Assembly (NCBI GenBank): GCA_024137785.1
Contig: JAHRHZ010000144.1
Coordinates: 19,092,317 to 19,156,316 of the forward strand
Source of the DNA: Ginglymostoma cirratum
Lineage: Eukaryota
DNA length: 64,000 bases
Direction: 5' to 3'
The position numbers and the translations under genes were made by a program. Of the stretch, positions 39,001 through 50,950 are shown piece after piece (within the stretch, counting starts at the first letter, position 1; each line of letters opens with the position of its first letter). The notes under the pieces are model-generated. The model did not search any database and had not been told where the DNA came from. It saw only the letters and a program-made list of their open reading frames with translations.

Positions 39001-40638
39001 CTGAGAAGATCAGCTCTTTGACCGATGCAGAAAGTCAAAATTTTTCGAACTTACTTTATCCCCAGATTACACTATCATTTGGTTCTGGCCGAGACGTCTC
39101 AAAATATTTTGTGTCGTTTGGACTCTTTTATCTGAGGTTTTATTAAAGAGATTTTAAATCTACCTTGTTATATATCAAATGGGGTATTATATGCTCATAG
39201 TAGGGACGGTGGTTTAGGGATTCCACATTTGGAGGTCAGGTCCTGATTGCCATTTTGAAAAAAAAAAAACGGCACTGGAAACGTTGGATAGATGAGGCCA
39301 TTCGTGCATCGTTTCGGTTTTGTGGGGAAAGGAATGTGAATGCGATCGTGGAACTAACAAAACTGAAAGTCATGCAAGAAATTTGGTCACCAGGACAGGT
39401 GGGTATGGAGCTCGAGAAAGATATGGGGGCTAAGGAAAAAAAGAGAGTTGGTAACTCGGCTGAACTTGAATTATAATGATTGGAGGGGGATAGAATGGCT
39501 TAGGTAGATGGCCTCACACTGCCAAGGATTAGGCATGCACTACTTTAGAAATGATAAGAAATTAAATGCATGGATCAAAATGGCAACGATCATGAAAACA
39601 TCGAAGGTAATTAATACCTTGCTGGTGCAACGTAATATATATCCAACTACAACAACGATAACTCGCGGAAGACCTCTCTGTATTCAAACATGCCGGAGAT
39701 GTGATGCAACATTACAGACACTCCCGCATATTTCTGGGTGGTGTCCAGCTGTGAAAAATGCATGAATTAAAAGGCATAGTAAGATTATGGAGAGATTATA
39801 TCAATTCATGGGGAATTTCGGTGGGAAAACTTTGGTGGAACTTCGGCTAAAGGACGAAGCAGGAAATTGTGGAAACCGGATCTGATTTTCCAGAAAGATT
39901 TGGTGGTTGTTGTGGTCGATGTAACAGTGAGATTTGGAAAAGGCTTGAGTTGAGAAGACGGCCAAGTATAGGCACCTGTCGGATGGAATTAGAGAATTAA
40001 TGAATTTCTTTAATTCATTATTAAAAAAATAATAATTTCTTTTTATTATTTTATGGTTTTGTAATGGGTGCAAAAGGCAAATGGGCGACAACAAATATTA
40101 AGTTAACGGAAAGTCTTGGAATTCGGAGGCTTCAGTCTTTTGCCTAAGACCTATCTAGGTTAAATGCCTCCAACTCTGAAACTGTTGCAAATCTCCAGTG
40201 ACTGCTGAGAGAGTTGATGGACTCCAATAGCTCTGATATAATTTTAATGCTTGCACATTTTATATTGTTTTAATGGTTTTAGAATTCAATTATACGTATA
40301 TTTTAGACCTTAGTATATTTTGTTTTCTTTAAATCTTTTAGAATTTTATATTGCGTTTTAATTAATAAAGTTGTTTAGTTTTAGTCACTTGTAAGGGTGT
40401 TTTCGTAATAAATTTTCACACAGGCACATCAGATGACGTTATCAGGGTTTATATGCTAATCAACAGGTTGTGTAACCCCGCTCACAGTTCCTGCATATGG
40501 TGTTCTGCTGTATAACAGGAAGACCCATTCCCTTTTTGTAAGATCTAGCTAGTTTAGCTATATATCGGGTTTTAATGGCACGTCGACAAGCGACATTAAA
40601 ACTCGGAAAGGGCACTGTCTTTTTACAGTGTTTTTAAT
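36092..40638 (+). mobile_element. Decayed near full-length R2-clade non-LTR retrotransposon with R2-A-like domain order, antisense in a MAP2 intron
   Basis: Zinc-finger remnants (KCQLTCPTMGAFRLHVKKVH; CVKSGR..IACHYLKC; ECSM..FSTRI..GQHERHK), Myb WSGEEIKLL..KTPKQISDK, RT motifs AAGPDG, WRPITI, FVDVAKAFDSV, GVKQGNPSSP, AFTDD, GGLGIP, then CRRC..LPHISGWC, RH, KPDL, VVVDVTV; many stops and frameshifts. Confidence 0.9.
36096..36280 (+). ncRNA. Degenerate HDV-like ribozyme at the 5' end of the R2-like element
   Basis: P2 GGTCGA (36206) / TAGACC (36275); P3-L3 ACC-TCACGT-GGC; P1 GGGCGTG / TCCTCCC; TGGTAAC junction; P4 GACGAG / CTTTGTC. Confidence 0.6.
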
Positions 40639-40644
40639 ACTGTA

Positions 40645-41070
40645 TTCCTTTTGGCTGCTCCCAGCAAGCAAGGCATTGGCTATATCCAACCAGCCAGACT
40701 TGCCTGCAAAATGCAAAACTGTCCAATATTAGACTGGTTTCATGATCGGACCTCATTTGGTACATAATTCGCATATACAAATAATTATGCTGACAGTGAA
40801 TTTAGGATCATCAGTCAAGGTCGCAGTGTCGACTTGAAGTTACTTTTATTACTACAGAGGTTACTGTTCTTTGCACACAGAAAGAGCATTTGTACTCACT
40901 GCACCTATTTCAACACAACAAGACATGCGACAGCCATTCTCTGGTCAAGGTATTGCCTTGAGAAATGAACCAACATCAACCAACATAAACCACCCGCAGA
41001 GTTTAAATTTAGACAATGCACGGCAGTTAATTTCAGTCATCATCTAGCATTCTCCATGGCAACTCCATTA
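40645..41070 (+). mobile_element. Penelope-like (GIY-YIG) ORF C-terminal fragment abutting the R2-like element
   Basis: Remnants KQGIGYIQPA, NYADSEFRIISQGRSV, VLCTQKEHLYSLHLF resemble PLE endonuclease C-termini. Confidence 0.55.
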
Positions 41071-41074
41071 AAAC

Positions 41075-41613
41075 TCAAATAGCAAGAACTGCAGATGCTG
41101 GAGTCAGAAATTGTGTCAGGTTATGTCGGATCAAGGAGGTGGGGATGCGAGGGAGGCTTGGACATGGGATGAGGCTGGGGGTTGGAGAGAATTTAAGACT
41201 GGTAAATTCCACATTTAGGCCATCGGGCTGTAGGCTCCAGAGGCATATTCTGCCTCAGGAGCCTACAGCCCGATGGCCTAAACGTGGAATTTACCAGTTT
41301 TAAAATCTCCTCACCCCTAGCCTCTTCCCATGTCCAACCCTCCCTCTCATCCCTGCTCCCTTGACCTGTCCATCTTCTCTCCCACCTATCCGCCCCAGCC
41401 ACCTCACTGATCAATCCCCACCACTGCCTACCTGCACTCACCTAGCACCATCCCACCTACCTTCCCCAGGCCCACCCCTCCTCTCTCTATTTATTTCCCA
41501 GCTCCCTTCCCCCTCCCCATTTCTGAAGAAGGGTCCCAACCTGAAACGTCAGCTTTCCTGCTCCTCTGATGCTGCCTGGCCTGCTGTGTTCTTGCAGCTC
41601 CACACTGTGTTGC
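41075..41613 (+). mobile_element. Penelope-like element 3' end with 5' inversion and hammerhead motif
   Basis: IFCLRSLQPDGLNVEFTSF ORF end at about 41246-41302; about 41140-41240 is an inverted copy of 41255-41360; CTGAAGAAGGG..CCTGAAACGTC at 41523-41550. Confidence 0.75.
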
Positions 41614-42854
41614 CTTTAAAACTCATTGCCCATTTGCCAACTAATCAGCAGTCTCCTCTTGGACAGTACCAAATGCAGCTTTCCCTTTTTGTTGGTAATT
41701 TGTGTCAACTGTCCTAATGCATGCTAGATAAAAGCCTCCACAAAATATGTTTTTTCAGCAACAAAGTTTTATACTACCAATGAATTATTGAAATAGTTAT
41801 TGCAAAAAAGATGTTTTATGATGAGACTACCAACTTAACCTACTTATCGCACAATACTAAGCCTAAGATAGCTTTACTCCTAATTTGTTTCATAACATGT
41901 TGTTCACAGAAATGACCACAAATCTATTCGAAGAGTTCATCTTTTAGAAACTTCTGCCAAATTAATTTAAACCTATACACAATTTCCTCGAAAGTATTTT
42001 ATTGTCTTGGCTCTAAGTTTCAAATAATTCTTGCTTAATTCCCTCTGTAACAGTATTTATACTGGTTGGGCCTAAAAGCTACTTACACGAACTTTCTCAT
42101 CCTTTTTATTACTAATCTCCACCCATTACGCTTCTACATCCCTACTTCCTGAGGGTGTGATGGTCCTTGCATAATCCTCTACTGTGAGGGCCATTCCTCC
42201 TGCTATTCCATTCTTTTTGTCTTTCTGCAATGTTATGTACACCGAAATATTTATTACCAATTATGGTACTGTTTCCGAAGGGTAGAGATCTGAAATCATA
42301 CTCAAAGACAAAAGGGATAGAGTGAAATGGAGGCTGACACAAAGATGGGAATAATAAATTCTGTTTGGCAATAAAGAGATAATAACAATATTTGAGGATT
42401 GTACGGAAAGAAAATAATCATAAAATAAGACACAAATAGTGGAAAATAAACAAAAAACAATGATAAACATAAAATGAACTCAAGACTTGGACAGGAAAGG
42501 AGGGGTTTCTTTTGATTGTGAGGTGATTAACCAACAATATTTTCAGAATTTCAACACTGAAATTCTAACAACCCATATCATACTGTCACAAGTATAAATC
42601 TGTAATGAACAGATTAATTTATTATGTTGTGATAGGCAGAGTGTGAATAGTTTTGTATGACTTTATGCATAATATTTTGGTATATCCACATTTCTCAAAA
42701 TCCATACTTTTTTGAAGCATATTACTCTATATCTATTCTGTAAAAGTTTAGGGAAATGACAAACATTGCCTAGATCAGAGAATTAAATGCAAAATTCACA
42801 GATTAAACATTCTACAATATTTTTCCTCTTTTATTCCATCTGCATTTCATATGC

Positions 42855-43130
42855 AAAAACAGAAACTGCCAGAAAAACTCAGCAAGTCTGGCAGCATCTG
42901 AGGAGAGAAAGCAGAGTTTACATTTTGGGTCCAGTGACCTTCCTTCATAATATTTGTTCTTCAGTGTTCATGTTTGGTCAAATGTACTAAAATTCAGAGA
43001 AGTGTTGTCACTGGGCCCGAAACATTAACTCTGCTTTTCCACACCCCCTCCACAGATGCTGTCAGACGTGCTGAGTTTTCCAGCAATTTCTATTTTTGTT
43101 TCTGAGTTCTAGCATCAACAGTTTTGTTTT
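42855..43130. mobile_element. Inverted pair of Penelope-like termini
   Basis: 42855-42948 and 42992-43100 are imperfect reverse complements. Confidence 0.7.
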
Positions 43131-43537
43131 TTCCTGTATTTCATATGATCTGATTGTTGATTTAATTGATATATATTGCGACATGACCTGTAGCTAATCA
43201 ATAGAGACCAAGTCCTTCCAGTTGAGTTTATGAGCTAGAGCAGAACATTTTGTCTAAGCAGTTGTATGTCACATCACACCTTAAAACTATGAACAAGAAA
43301 ACTCTCAAAGCCAAATCGAAAGGCAGAATGCATGCAAAAAGGCTAAAGTTATTTTCTGAAGATCTATCATGTGTGAAGATAATATTGAACAGTTTAAGAA
43401 TTGGTTTGGCTTTGACATTACAAATGTTTCCATAAAGTAATTTCTTTAAAATTAAAAAAACAATGAAATCTTCAAACGCTGCAGAAGTTGTTGCACCATC
43501 CATACCACAGGATGTAGTTATCAGGTAATTTACTTAC

Positions 43538-43614
43538 TGTCATTCTCTCCTTGGGTTGCTTAGCAACAGAGAATTTCTGGTCTATAACATAGGCACCTTC
43601 AACATTTCCAGAAG
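43538..43614 (-). CDS. MAP2: MAP2 exon (77 bp, ASGNVEGAYVIDQKFSVAKQPKERMT; exon 12 equivalent)
   Basis: ttttacccag|CTTCT...ATGACA|gtaagt, phase 1-0 as required; similar to SVFKQAKDKVS. Confidence 0.85.
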
Positions 43615-44208
43615 CTGGGTAAAAAGAATATTAATATTAGAATGCAACATTGTACTTTTTTGTGACAATCAGATAGAAATCAAGATGCGAATGTAAGCAG
43701 AAGACTTAAAATTAGTGTTGTCATAAGGGATGGGAAGCAACTAATGAGATACAAATTACCTAAACTGACAAATAAAAAAAAGCTCAGCGGGGAAGGAATC
43801 TTTGTGGGTTTTTTTAAAATAAATTATTTCTTAAAAATATACAAATGAAAAACATAAATTGCAAGTCAAGCAAGTTACACCTGAATACCTCTAAACACAA
43901 GAGAAATTAATATGAATGGATATCATGATGCAGGCTGCAACACTTTCCCACCAGCACACAGCAATTTATGCAAACTTTCACAATAAGAATTATGCCACCA
44001 CTTCAAGGTTAAGACCACGGTACTTGCAAGCTTGTGCGTGACAAGCATGTGTGATCATGACTGCTGTAGAAAAGAAAAAAATGAAAGCACTGAATACAGA
44101 TAAACTTGCAACAGCTCAGTGGCTGAAAAAAAGAGTAGCGCAGGACACAAGCCAGTCTAGCAATGAAGTCCATGTTTGCCAGCCACATTGCAGGGTTCAC
44201 ACAGTCAC

Positions 44209-44340
44209 CTGTCTGCTTCCGCTTAGTACAAGGTACGTGAGTTGGTCTATGATATCTTACAGCTGGTTTTAAAATGATTTTCCTGGAAGGAGAGCGGGTC
44301 TGAATTTCTGATTTTTTAGTAAGTTCAGACTTCTTATAGG
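44209..44340 (-). CDS. MAP2: MAP2 exon (132 bp, AYKKSELTKKSEIQTRSPSRKIILKPAVRYHRPTHVPCTKRKQT; exon 11 equivalent)
   Basis: cctctaacag|CCTAT...CAGACAG|gtgact, phase 1-1; matches SPSRKxILKPA.RPTH. Confidence 0.93.
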
Positions 44341-44610
44341 CTGTTAGAGGAAAAACAAAAGCAAATATTATGAGGACAGGAACAATGCGGTAGGTCAGGT
44401 GGAATGATCAATATCCACTTTTAATTTAAGAAATTAACAGGAAGAATTTAGGAAATTAGATATTACGACTTCTTGTTATTGTTTATTGTTATCTAAAATT
44501 TCTACAGTCAAATTTCTCAGCAAACATAACATTATTACATGGGCACAGTACAACCACCTCACGTCACAAAAATGCAACAAGAAAACATAAAATGCTTCGT
44601 TTGTATGAAC

Positions 44611-44814
44611 CTTTTCTCCTTTTCTTGTCTTCTTTGGAGACTGTACTGATATCTTTTTTAATTATTTTTCTCTCAGGTGTGGAAACTCTGTTTTTCCCAG
44701 TTTTTAACACCTTGCCTTTCCTATGTTTGTCTGAAGACAGGCTGATGAATTCCTTCTCTGCCTTTTCCTGTTTAGTAACAGCAGCTGGTTGTGTTACAAT
44801 GATACTCTCTTCAT
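44611..44814 (-). CDS. MAP2: MAP2 exon (204 bp, DEESII...RVSTPERK...KKRRK; exon 10 equivalent)
   Basis: ttctgcag|ATGAAG...GAGAAAAG|gttcat, phase 1-1; similar to mammalian EKAEKE..KHRK..RISTPERK. Confidence 0.92.
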
Positions 44815-45003
44815 CTGCAGAATTAAAGTGCAAGAAATCACTAATAGCAACAGGGCTCAAATACAGGAAAAAGAAAATTCAAGTTCCTTTTTAAAAATTA
44901 AGTAACATTAAATAATATAATGTAGTACAATATTTATTTATTTTACTTTTAAGAGATTTTATAATTTAGTCATAGCTGATAGCTATTAAGGCTTTATAGG
45001 CAC

Positions 45004-48000
45004 CTTGAGTATCCATCCAGAGGCTGTCTGTATCCATTATGGATTCATCAATGCTCTCGTCCTCTTTCAAGTCTGTAGGGATTTCAATTTTTTCCGGGAT
45101 CAGTGCAATTTGGACAGCTTTTGCAGGTGACTCATAAATCTGTCCTTCTGTTGACCGGGTTTGTTCACTAGGGGCAAGAACATCCTCAACATCACCATCA
45201 TCGGGCATGGCAAACCTCACATTATGACCTACGTCCTTTCCTCCTTCTAGTGTGGTCTGCACAACTGTAATGATGTCATCTTCTACTGTAATGACAGATT
45301 CCACAATTCCCCTCTCCTCTTCAGTTTCTTCTACGAGGATGTTTTCAGATACTTCATAGTCACCGGGATCTTCATGTAGAACAATTTCTGGCACAGGAAC
45401 GTCAAATAACAAATTGGACTTAACTTCCTCTTTAATGGTTTTCTGGGCTTCAGCTGGTTCTTGCACTGGAACAGCTTCAAGGACTTGCTGACCACCGGAT
45501 TCTGCTTTGGAAACTTCACTTGGTGCAGGTCCAGTTTTGCTTTCCATGGTTTCCTCAGTTGTGGCTATTACGCACTCAGCAACAATGTTGGATAAACCGG
45601 GCATCACAACATCTTTCACTCCCTTCTCAGTTTGAATAATTCCTTGCACAGGAGGGGATTTTTCAATTACTTTGTGATCATAATGCATAATTTCTACATC
45701 ACCACTTGGTGCAATATTGTTACAGGGAAGACAGGGCTTGGTATCGAGCTTCCTAATATTATTAGGTTGAATTGTTTCTGGAGCAGGGCCAACCTTCTCA
45801 GTTACCTGAACAATTTGCTCTATTTCAAAACCTACTTCAGGTACTGTATCCTCACTAGGCATAGTAGGCTCAGTGGAAACTATCATCGTTTCTGAAAGTG
45901 GACTGAATTCTTGTATAGGAGCAGTTTTCTCAGATATATTTTGACCAGCAGCCTCCAGTTTTACACTGGTTTCCAATATGTCAGCCTTAGTGAGTGGACT
46001 AGATTTGGATTCCACAGTCTCTTGAAGTTGAGGAGGCTCTTGAGTAGATGCAGTTTTCTCAGGCCCTTTCTGAGAAACGGATTCTGCCACAATCTCCTCA
46101 GTGGGCAATTTGGGCCTGGATTCATCATCTGGGATATTCTTAGGTTGAACAGAGTCTTGAGTCGGAGTAATTTGCTTGAAAATTGTGTGATCTATGCTGT
46201 CTACTTCTATATCCACATCCAGCACATTATCCTGCCTGGGCAAAGTAGGCCTGGGCTTATCTTCCAAGGCTTTCTTGGGTCGAGCTTGTTCTTGAACCGA
46301 GACACTTTTCTCAGACGGTTGGTGATCGGTAGTTTTACGTTTGAAACTCCCTTGTGGCACAGTAACGTCGCTGGGCAAAATATGCCTTGGTTCATCTTCC
46401 ATGGTTAATTGAAGATGTTCCTGAGGAGAAGCTTTCTCAGACGGTTTGTTTTCAATAAATCCTGTTTTCAAAGGTGTTTCCAATACTGCAACATTGCTAG
46501 GTAGATCAGACAAATCGTTAGATTTATCGGCATTTTCGGTTTTATCATCTGGAAACTCAATTGGAGAAATGTCTTTTGGAACTTTCTGAGTGTCAATGAT
46601 AATGGATATATTTTGAGTGCTAGATTCTCTCTGAGCAGGGTCATCAGGTAAATGATCTGGTTCAGTCACTAACTTGGCAACTTGGTTTGAAACACTTAAC
46701 GAAACCGTTTCATCAGTCTTGACTTCGGACTGTGCTTCCAAAATAGTAGCAATTTTTAATTCCCTGTCTTCTGATAAGGTACTAATTCTAAAATGGGAAT
46801 CTTCTTTCTGCTTATTTACATCTATTTGCCTTCTAATACTTTCCTCATCTATAGTCTGAGAAGCAGCACGGATTTGATGAAGGAAAATGCTGCCATCCTC
46901 CAGCGGACTTTTAACTTCCTCAGGAGTTGGTAAGGGAGCAGAGTATTCAAAAACACAGTAGCCCATTTCCTCTGCTTGATTAACATTTTTAATAATCGAT
47001 TTGATGCTTTCAGTTAAAGCCTCTGAGCCAGAAGCTACATTTTCAGTGGCAGATTCGCAGGGCATGGATGCTCTTCGAACAATTTCGATTTCTGTACCTT
47101 CTGAGCTCAGTCTCGTTCTAGTAACTCCTAAATCCAACATTTCAGGCAGGTCAGGAACCACAACAGTGTCATTTTTGTAATCATCTTTCAAAGTACGAGG
47201 GTAAGCATATTGAGAGTCTAATTGCAGGCATTCTGCGGCTGATTTCTCTTCAGCAACAGATACAGTTTTATCCTTTTCCACTTCAACAGGAAAATAAATT
47301 TGCTTCTCCTCAGCAGGTGTTGTTACTGGAAAGAACTCTGCTGACTCCTCTAAACTCATCCCTCTTGTACAGGCTAGAATATCAGAAGCCAAGGGAGACA
47401 GAGATTCTGGGGGACCTTGGCTCTCTGTTTCCACCTCCAGTGCTATTGAATCCAAAGACGCTGCAGGTAAATTCAACACCAGCTTTTGTAGTTCTTTATC
47501 AATATTTGCATCAGCACTAGAATTGGTTTGTTGAGATATTGCTGAGGGGCGCTCCTCTTTGGCCAAATGGCTTAGCTGAATAGGTAAAGGAGTTTCATTG
47601 GATTTAGCTTCAACAGGCAACACTTTAGCCTGTACATCAACAGGCGACGCATTAGCCTGTACATCAACAGGCACAGATGTCTGCGCAAGTGTGCTATAAT
47701 GAATTCCTTCGGCTGATACATCATTTTCAACTTTGTGGACATCCACTTCCGATTTTTCATGTGGGCCCTTCGAGAATTGTGGCACCACATGAGGAAGTCT
47801 TGAATTGTTTTCTTCTGTAATGGTCATTTCATAATAACCATCTTCAGGTGGTTTGGTACCATTTTTCCCATCATCTTTCAGAACAAATGTTTCAAAATAT
47901 TTTGACATTTCTGGTTGATCCTCCTCGATCTTGACTTTTGAGCCCACGTTAAAGGAGCCATATTGTTTATTTTGCACCGTTAGACTAGTGAAGCTTTGGG

Positions 48001-49446
48001 AATTTTTATCAGAATAAACATTTGAATCCGATAATGGGTTCACATTTTGTGGTTCCGTTTCTTTCTCTTTACCTTTCTCTTGTTGAATGCTTTTTTCTTC
48101 CGTTTTCATAGGTGTATCACCAACTTTTTTGATATTTGAATCCATGCTACACGGCTCTTGTTTCATCCTCTCAAGCACGGAGTCTTGACTTAAAAGGGCA
48201 TCACTAGTAATGGGATGCATGCCACATTGTACATTTAGATTAGATTCCTCCACATACGACTGGGCAGTCACAGCATCAGGCAACTGATAAACCTCTGCTA
48301 CCTCAAGGTTGGCTTCAATTTCTTTAAATAGAAGATTAGTTGGTTGTTGTTCAGACACATGTTTAGAGTATCCAGTTTGTAATAACTCTGTCGTACTGTA
48401 CATTGTCTCTACTGTTGCTTTTCCATTCAAATGTTCTAAATGATGTTCTGCAGCATCTGTAGAGCTGTATTCAACGCATTCTGACCTGTCCTCTGGCATT
48501 GAAAATACATCCGCTATATTTTCAACCAGCTTTATTGTATCTGGTGTATCTTTTCTTATATCACTAGAACCTTCTAAAGCTACAGGTTTGTCTTCAAGTG
48601 CACTGTGCGCAATTACAGGTAATTTGTCTATATGCAATTCCTCATGTACTTGTGGCTTTTCCTGGAGCACGTTTTGCACTCTGCTTTCAGGGACTGAAGT
48701 GTTGGTTGCGGCCAAGTCTATTTTTGCCTTTAGAGGAGGTAACACGTAATTATCGTCTGCTACTGTTACGCCTGTAAGCGATTGCCCTTTTAGCGAAGCA
48801 CTTTCACTGTCCTTCAGTGAATCTTTTGCAGAAGCTATTTCAATATTTGGGGAAATAGCCTTTTGTTTACAGATATCTGTATCTGAAATCCCTGTACTGG
48901 GCTGTTTTGATGAATCTGGAGTTTCAAAACTATCAAGAGATTTTTCACTTTGAACTGGAACAGATTTGCCAGGCAGTGCTTCTGCCAGAGTGTTTTGTGG
49001 TTTCATGATTTCATCTGTTTTCTTGGCAGAACCTGATTGCATATGGATAGCTTTACTCTCTGCTGCCACCACGGAGATGCATTCATCTTCACAAAGACTG
49101 GACTGCAGTGAATTTGCACGATGGCTAGTTGCGGTTTCAACACTCAAAGCCACTAAGTCTTCTCGACGTGGCTCAGTCTTGAATGAAACAGGAACAGGTT
49201 CTGTTTGCAAAACAGCTGAAGTTAAATCCTGCTTCTTGGAATCGGCTTCCTCTGCTGTTTGGATGACGTCATCATTATATTTTTCCAGTGTCGATAAAGG
49301 TGGCAGGTCAGATTTTTGCTGTTCAGGAATATTCTTATCTTTGAACTCTGTCACTGACACTTCTTGCAACGACAATCTTTCTCCACAAGTAACAGAGGAT
49401 TCTCCACTTGTTGACACCTTGTCCATCTTCGTGGCTGTAAGCAAAT
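45004..49446 (-). CDS. MAP2: MAP2 large projection-domain exon (4443 bp; exon 9 equivalent)
   Basis: Within ORF 44966..49465; actttag|AT TTG CTT (DLLTATKM) to SLWMDTQ G|gtgcct; conserved MAP2 blocks MSKYFET, LSPLASDIL, PDLPEMLDL, EEMGYCVF, EDDIITVVQTT, VRFA, DESIMDTDSLWMDTQ. Confidence 0.96.
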
Positions 49447-50950
49447 CTAAAGTAGTTTGTTGCATGCATATAGTTAACTGTTACTAATAGGGAAAACCAT
49501 TCCATTTCATATATTCCTACCCCCAGTCAAAAGGGTGTGTGTTGAATAAAAATGAGAAGTGCAAATTTGTTCAACTCTGCAGCAAAACATTCAGCATTGG
49601 TGAAAACAGACTGAATACAGTATTGGGCCTAAACTGTTCCTAAGCTGCAACTGATTCTCAGACTTGCTTAGTTATACTTAAAAGAAAACCACATTTTTAA
49701 GATAAGTTAGCAATACATTAATTCAGAAGAAAAGATACACAAACCAACCGCTAAAACTTCTAAAATTTAAAATTCCGTGTTATTTTATTCTGTAAGATGA
49801 AAACAAAACTATGTTGTATGTTGATCAGTGATTTATCTCAAGAATAGAAAGTGTGTTTGTTTCTCTATTTATCTTTCCAGATGCATCTCTTTGCTTTCTT
49901 AGAAAGTGGATGAATACATGTAATGAAGCTTTTTTGACTTTCCCTCATTGTCTTTCTTTTTAAAATATGTGTGTATGTGGCTGTCTTATACTCTACGTTG
50001 TTTGTCATATTTCTATTACTGACGGATTTTTTTGTGTGAGATTGTCTCCTTAGCTCCATTTCCTTTTTTAAAACCTCCTCTCTATACCACTTATAATTTT
50101 GTTTTAATTTTATAATCAGTTTTTCATCTCTTTGGGAGACGCAGATGCATTATAATTCTAGTCAGATAAATTCTTTGGTGTCTTCCTTGACAAAGAAAGG
50201 ATGTGGGTTATGGAGTTCAAGGGCAGAAGAGAAGGTATGCAGGGTTGTACTTCTACACCAGGATATATACTCTATCATCATCATGCTTGCCACGCAAGTC
50301 TTTATATAACTAAAGACATTATCCTCAAAATAATTTTAGCACAATCCTATTTCCACAATCCTCCAACTGTACACTTAATTTAAAAAAAAAAGCTTCTCAC
50401 TAACACCATTTTCATTCTTAACCAGCTGATCATCTTAAAAACAGAAGTGATTAATTAATGGTAAGCACTTGCCATAGCCCGAATAAAATAATAAATGCAA
50501 GATGCCAGCACCAAAACACGAAGCAAAACAATCTCTTTTCAAAATAATCCCAGAGATAAGCTTAAAAATACAGAAATGCAACTTAAAAAAAGCTTCGAAT
50601 CATGAATAAGTCTACGAATTAGAAAGCAAGTGAATCAACTCTAAAATAATTAATACACATTAGCAATGTAGCTGGCAAACATTTAGGCAATGAAAAGCCT
50701 GTGCTTTTTAAAAAATAAAATCAACTTGGTTGCAAAGCGTGTGACATCATGGAAACAAAATAACTCAAAATGTTAGGAGGAGTGGTGGGAAATTATTGTT
50801 GCTTCTGTCGCCAGCATCAGTCAGCTAAAAGCAATTTATGCCCAACGATTAAATTATCCTGAAAGCAACATATCTACCAGTAAACACTTGGAAGTGATAC
50901 AATACTCAAAAGGCATTTCTTATTTTGTGGAAGTTAGCAGGAAGACACAC

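Noticed and set aside
40671-40682. AGGCATTGGCTA resembles the reverse complement of the 28S R2 target (TAGCCAAATGCCT)
   Set aside because: Wrong orientation, one base short, lies inside the Penelope-like flank, and a similar word occurs inside the R2 ORF near 36678.
45331-49487. Several plus-strand ORFs up to 173 aa over the large exon
   Set aside because: Antisense shadows of the MAP2 coding frame.
49865-50200. Acceptor-like tract followed by a purine-rich 64-aa minus-strand ORF
   Set aside because: All three entry phases from the acceptor near 50185 hit stops quickly; no MAP2 similarity or clear donor.
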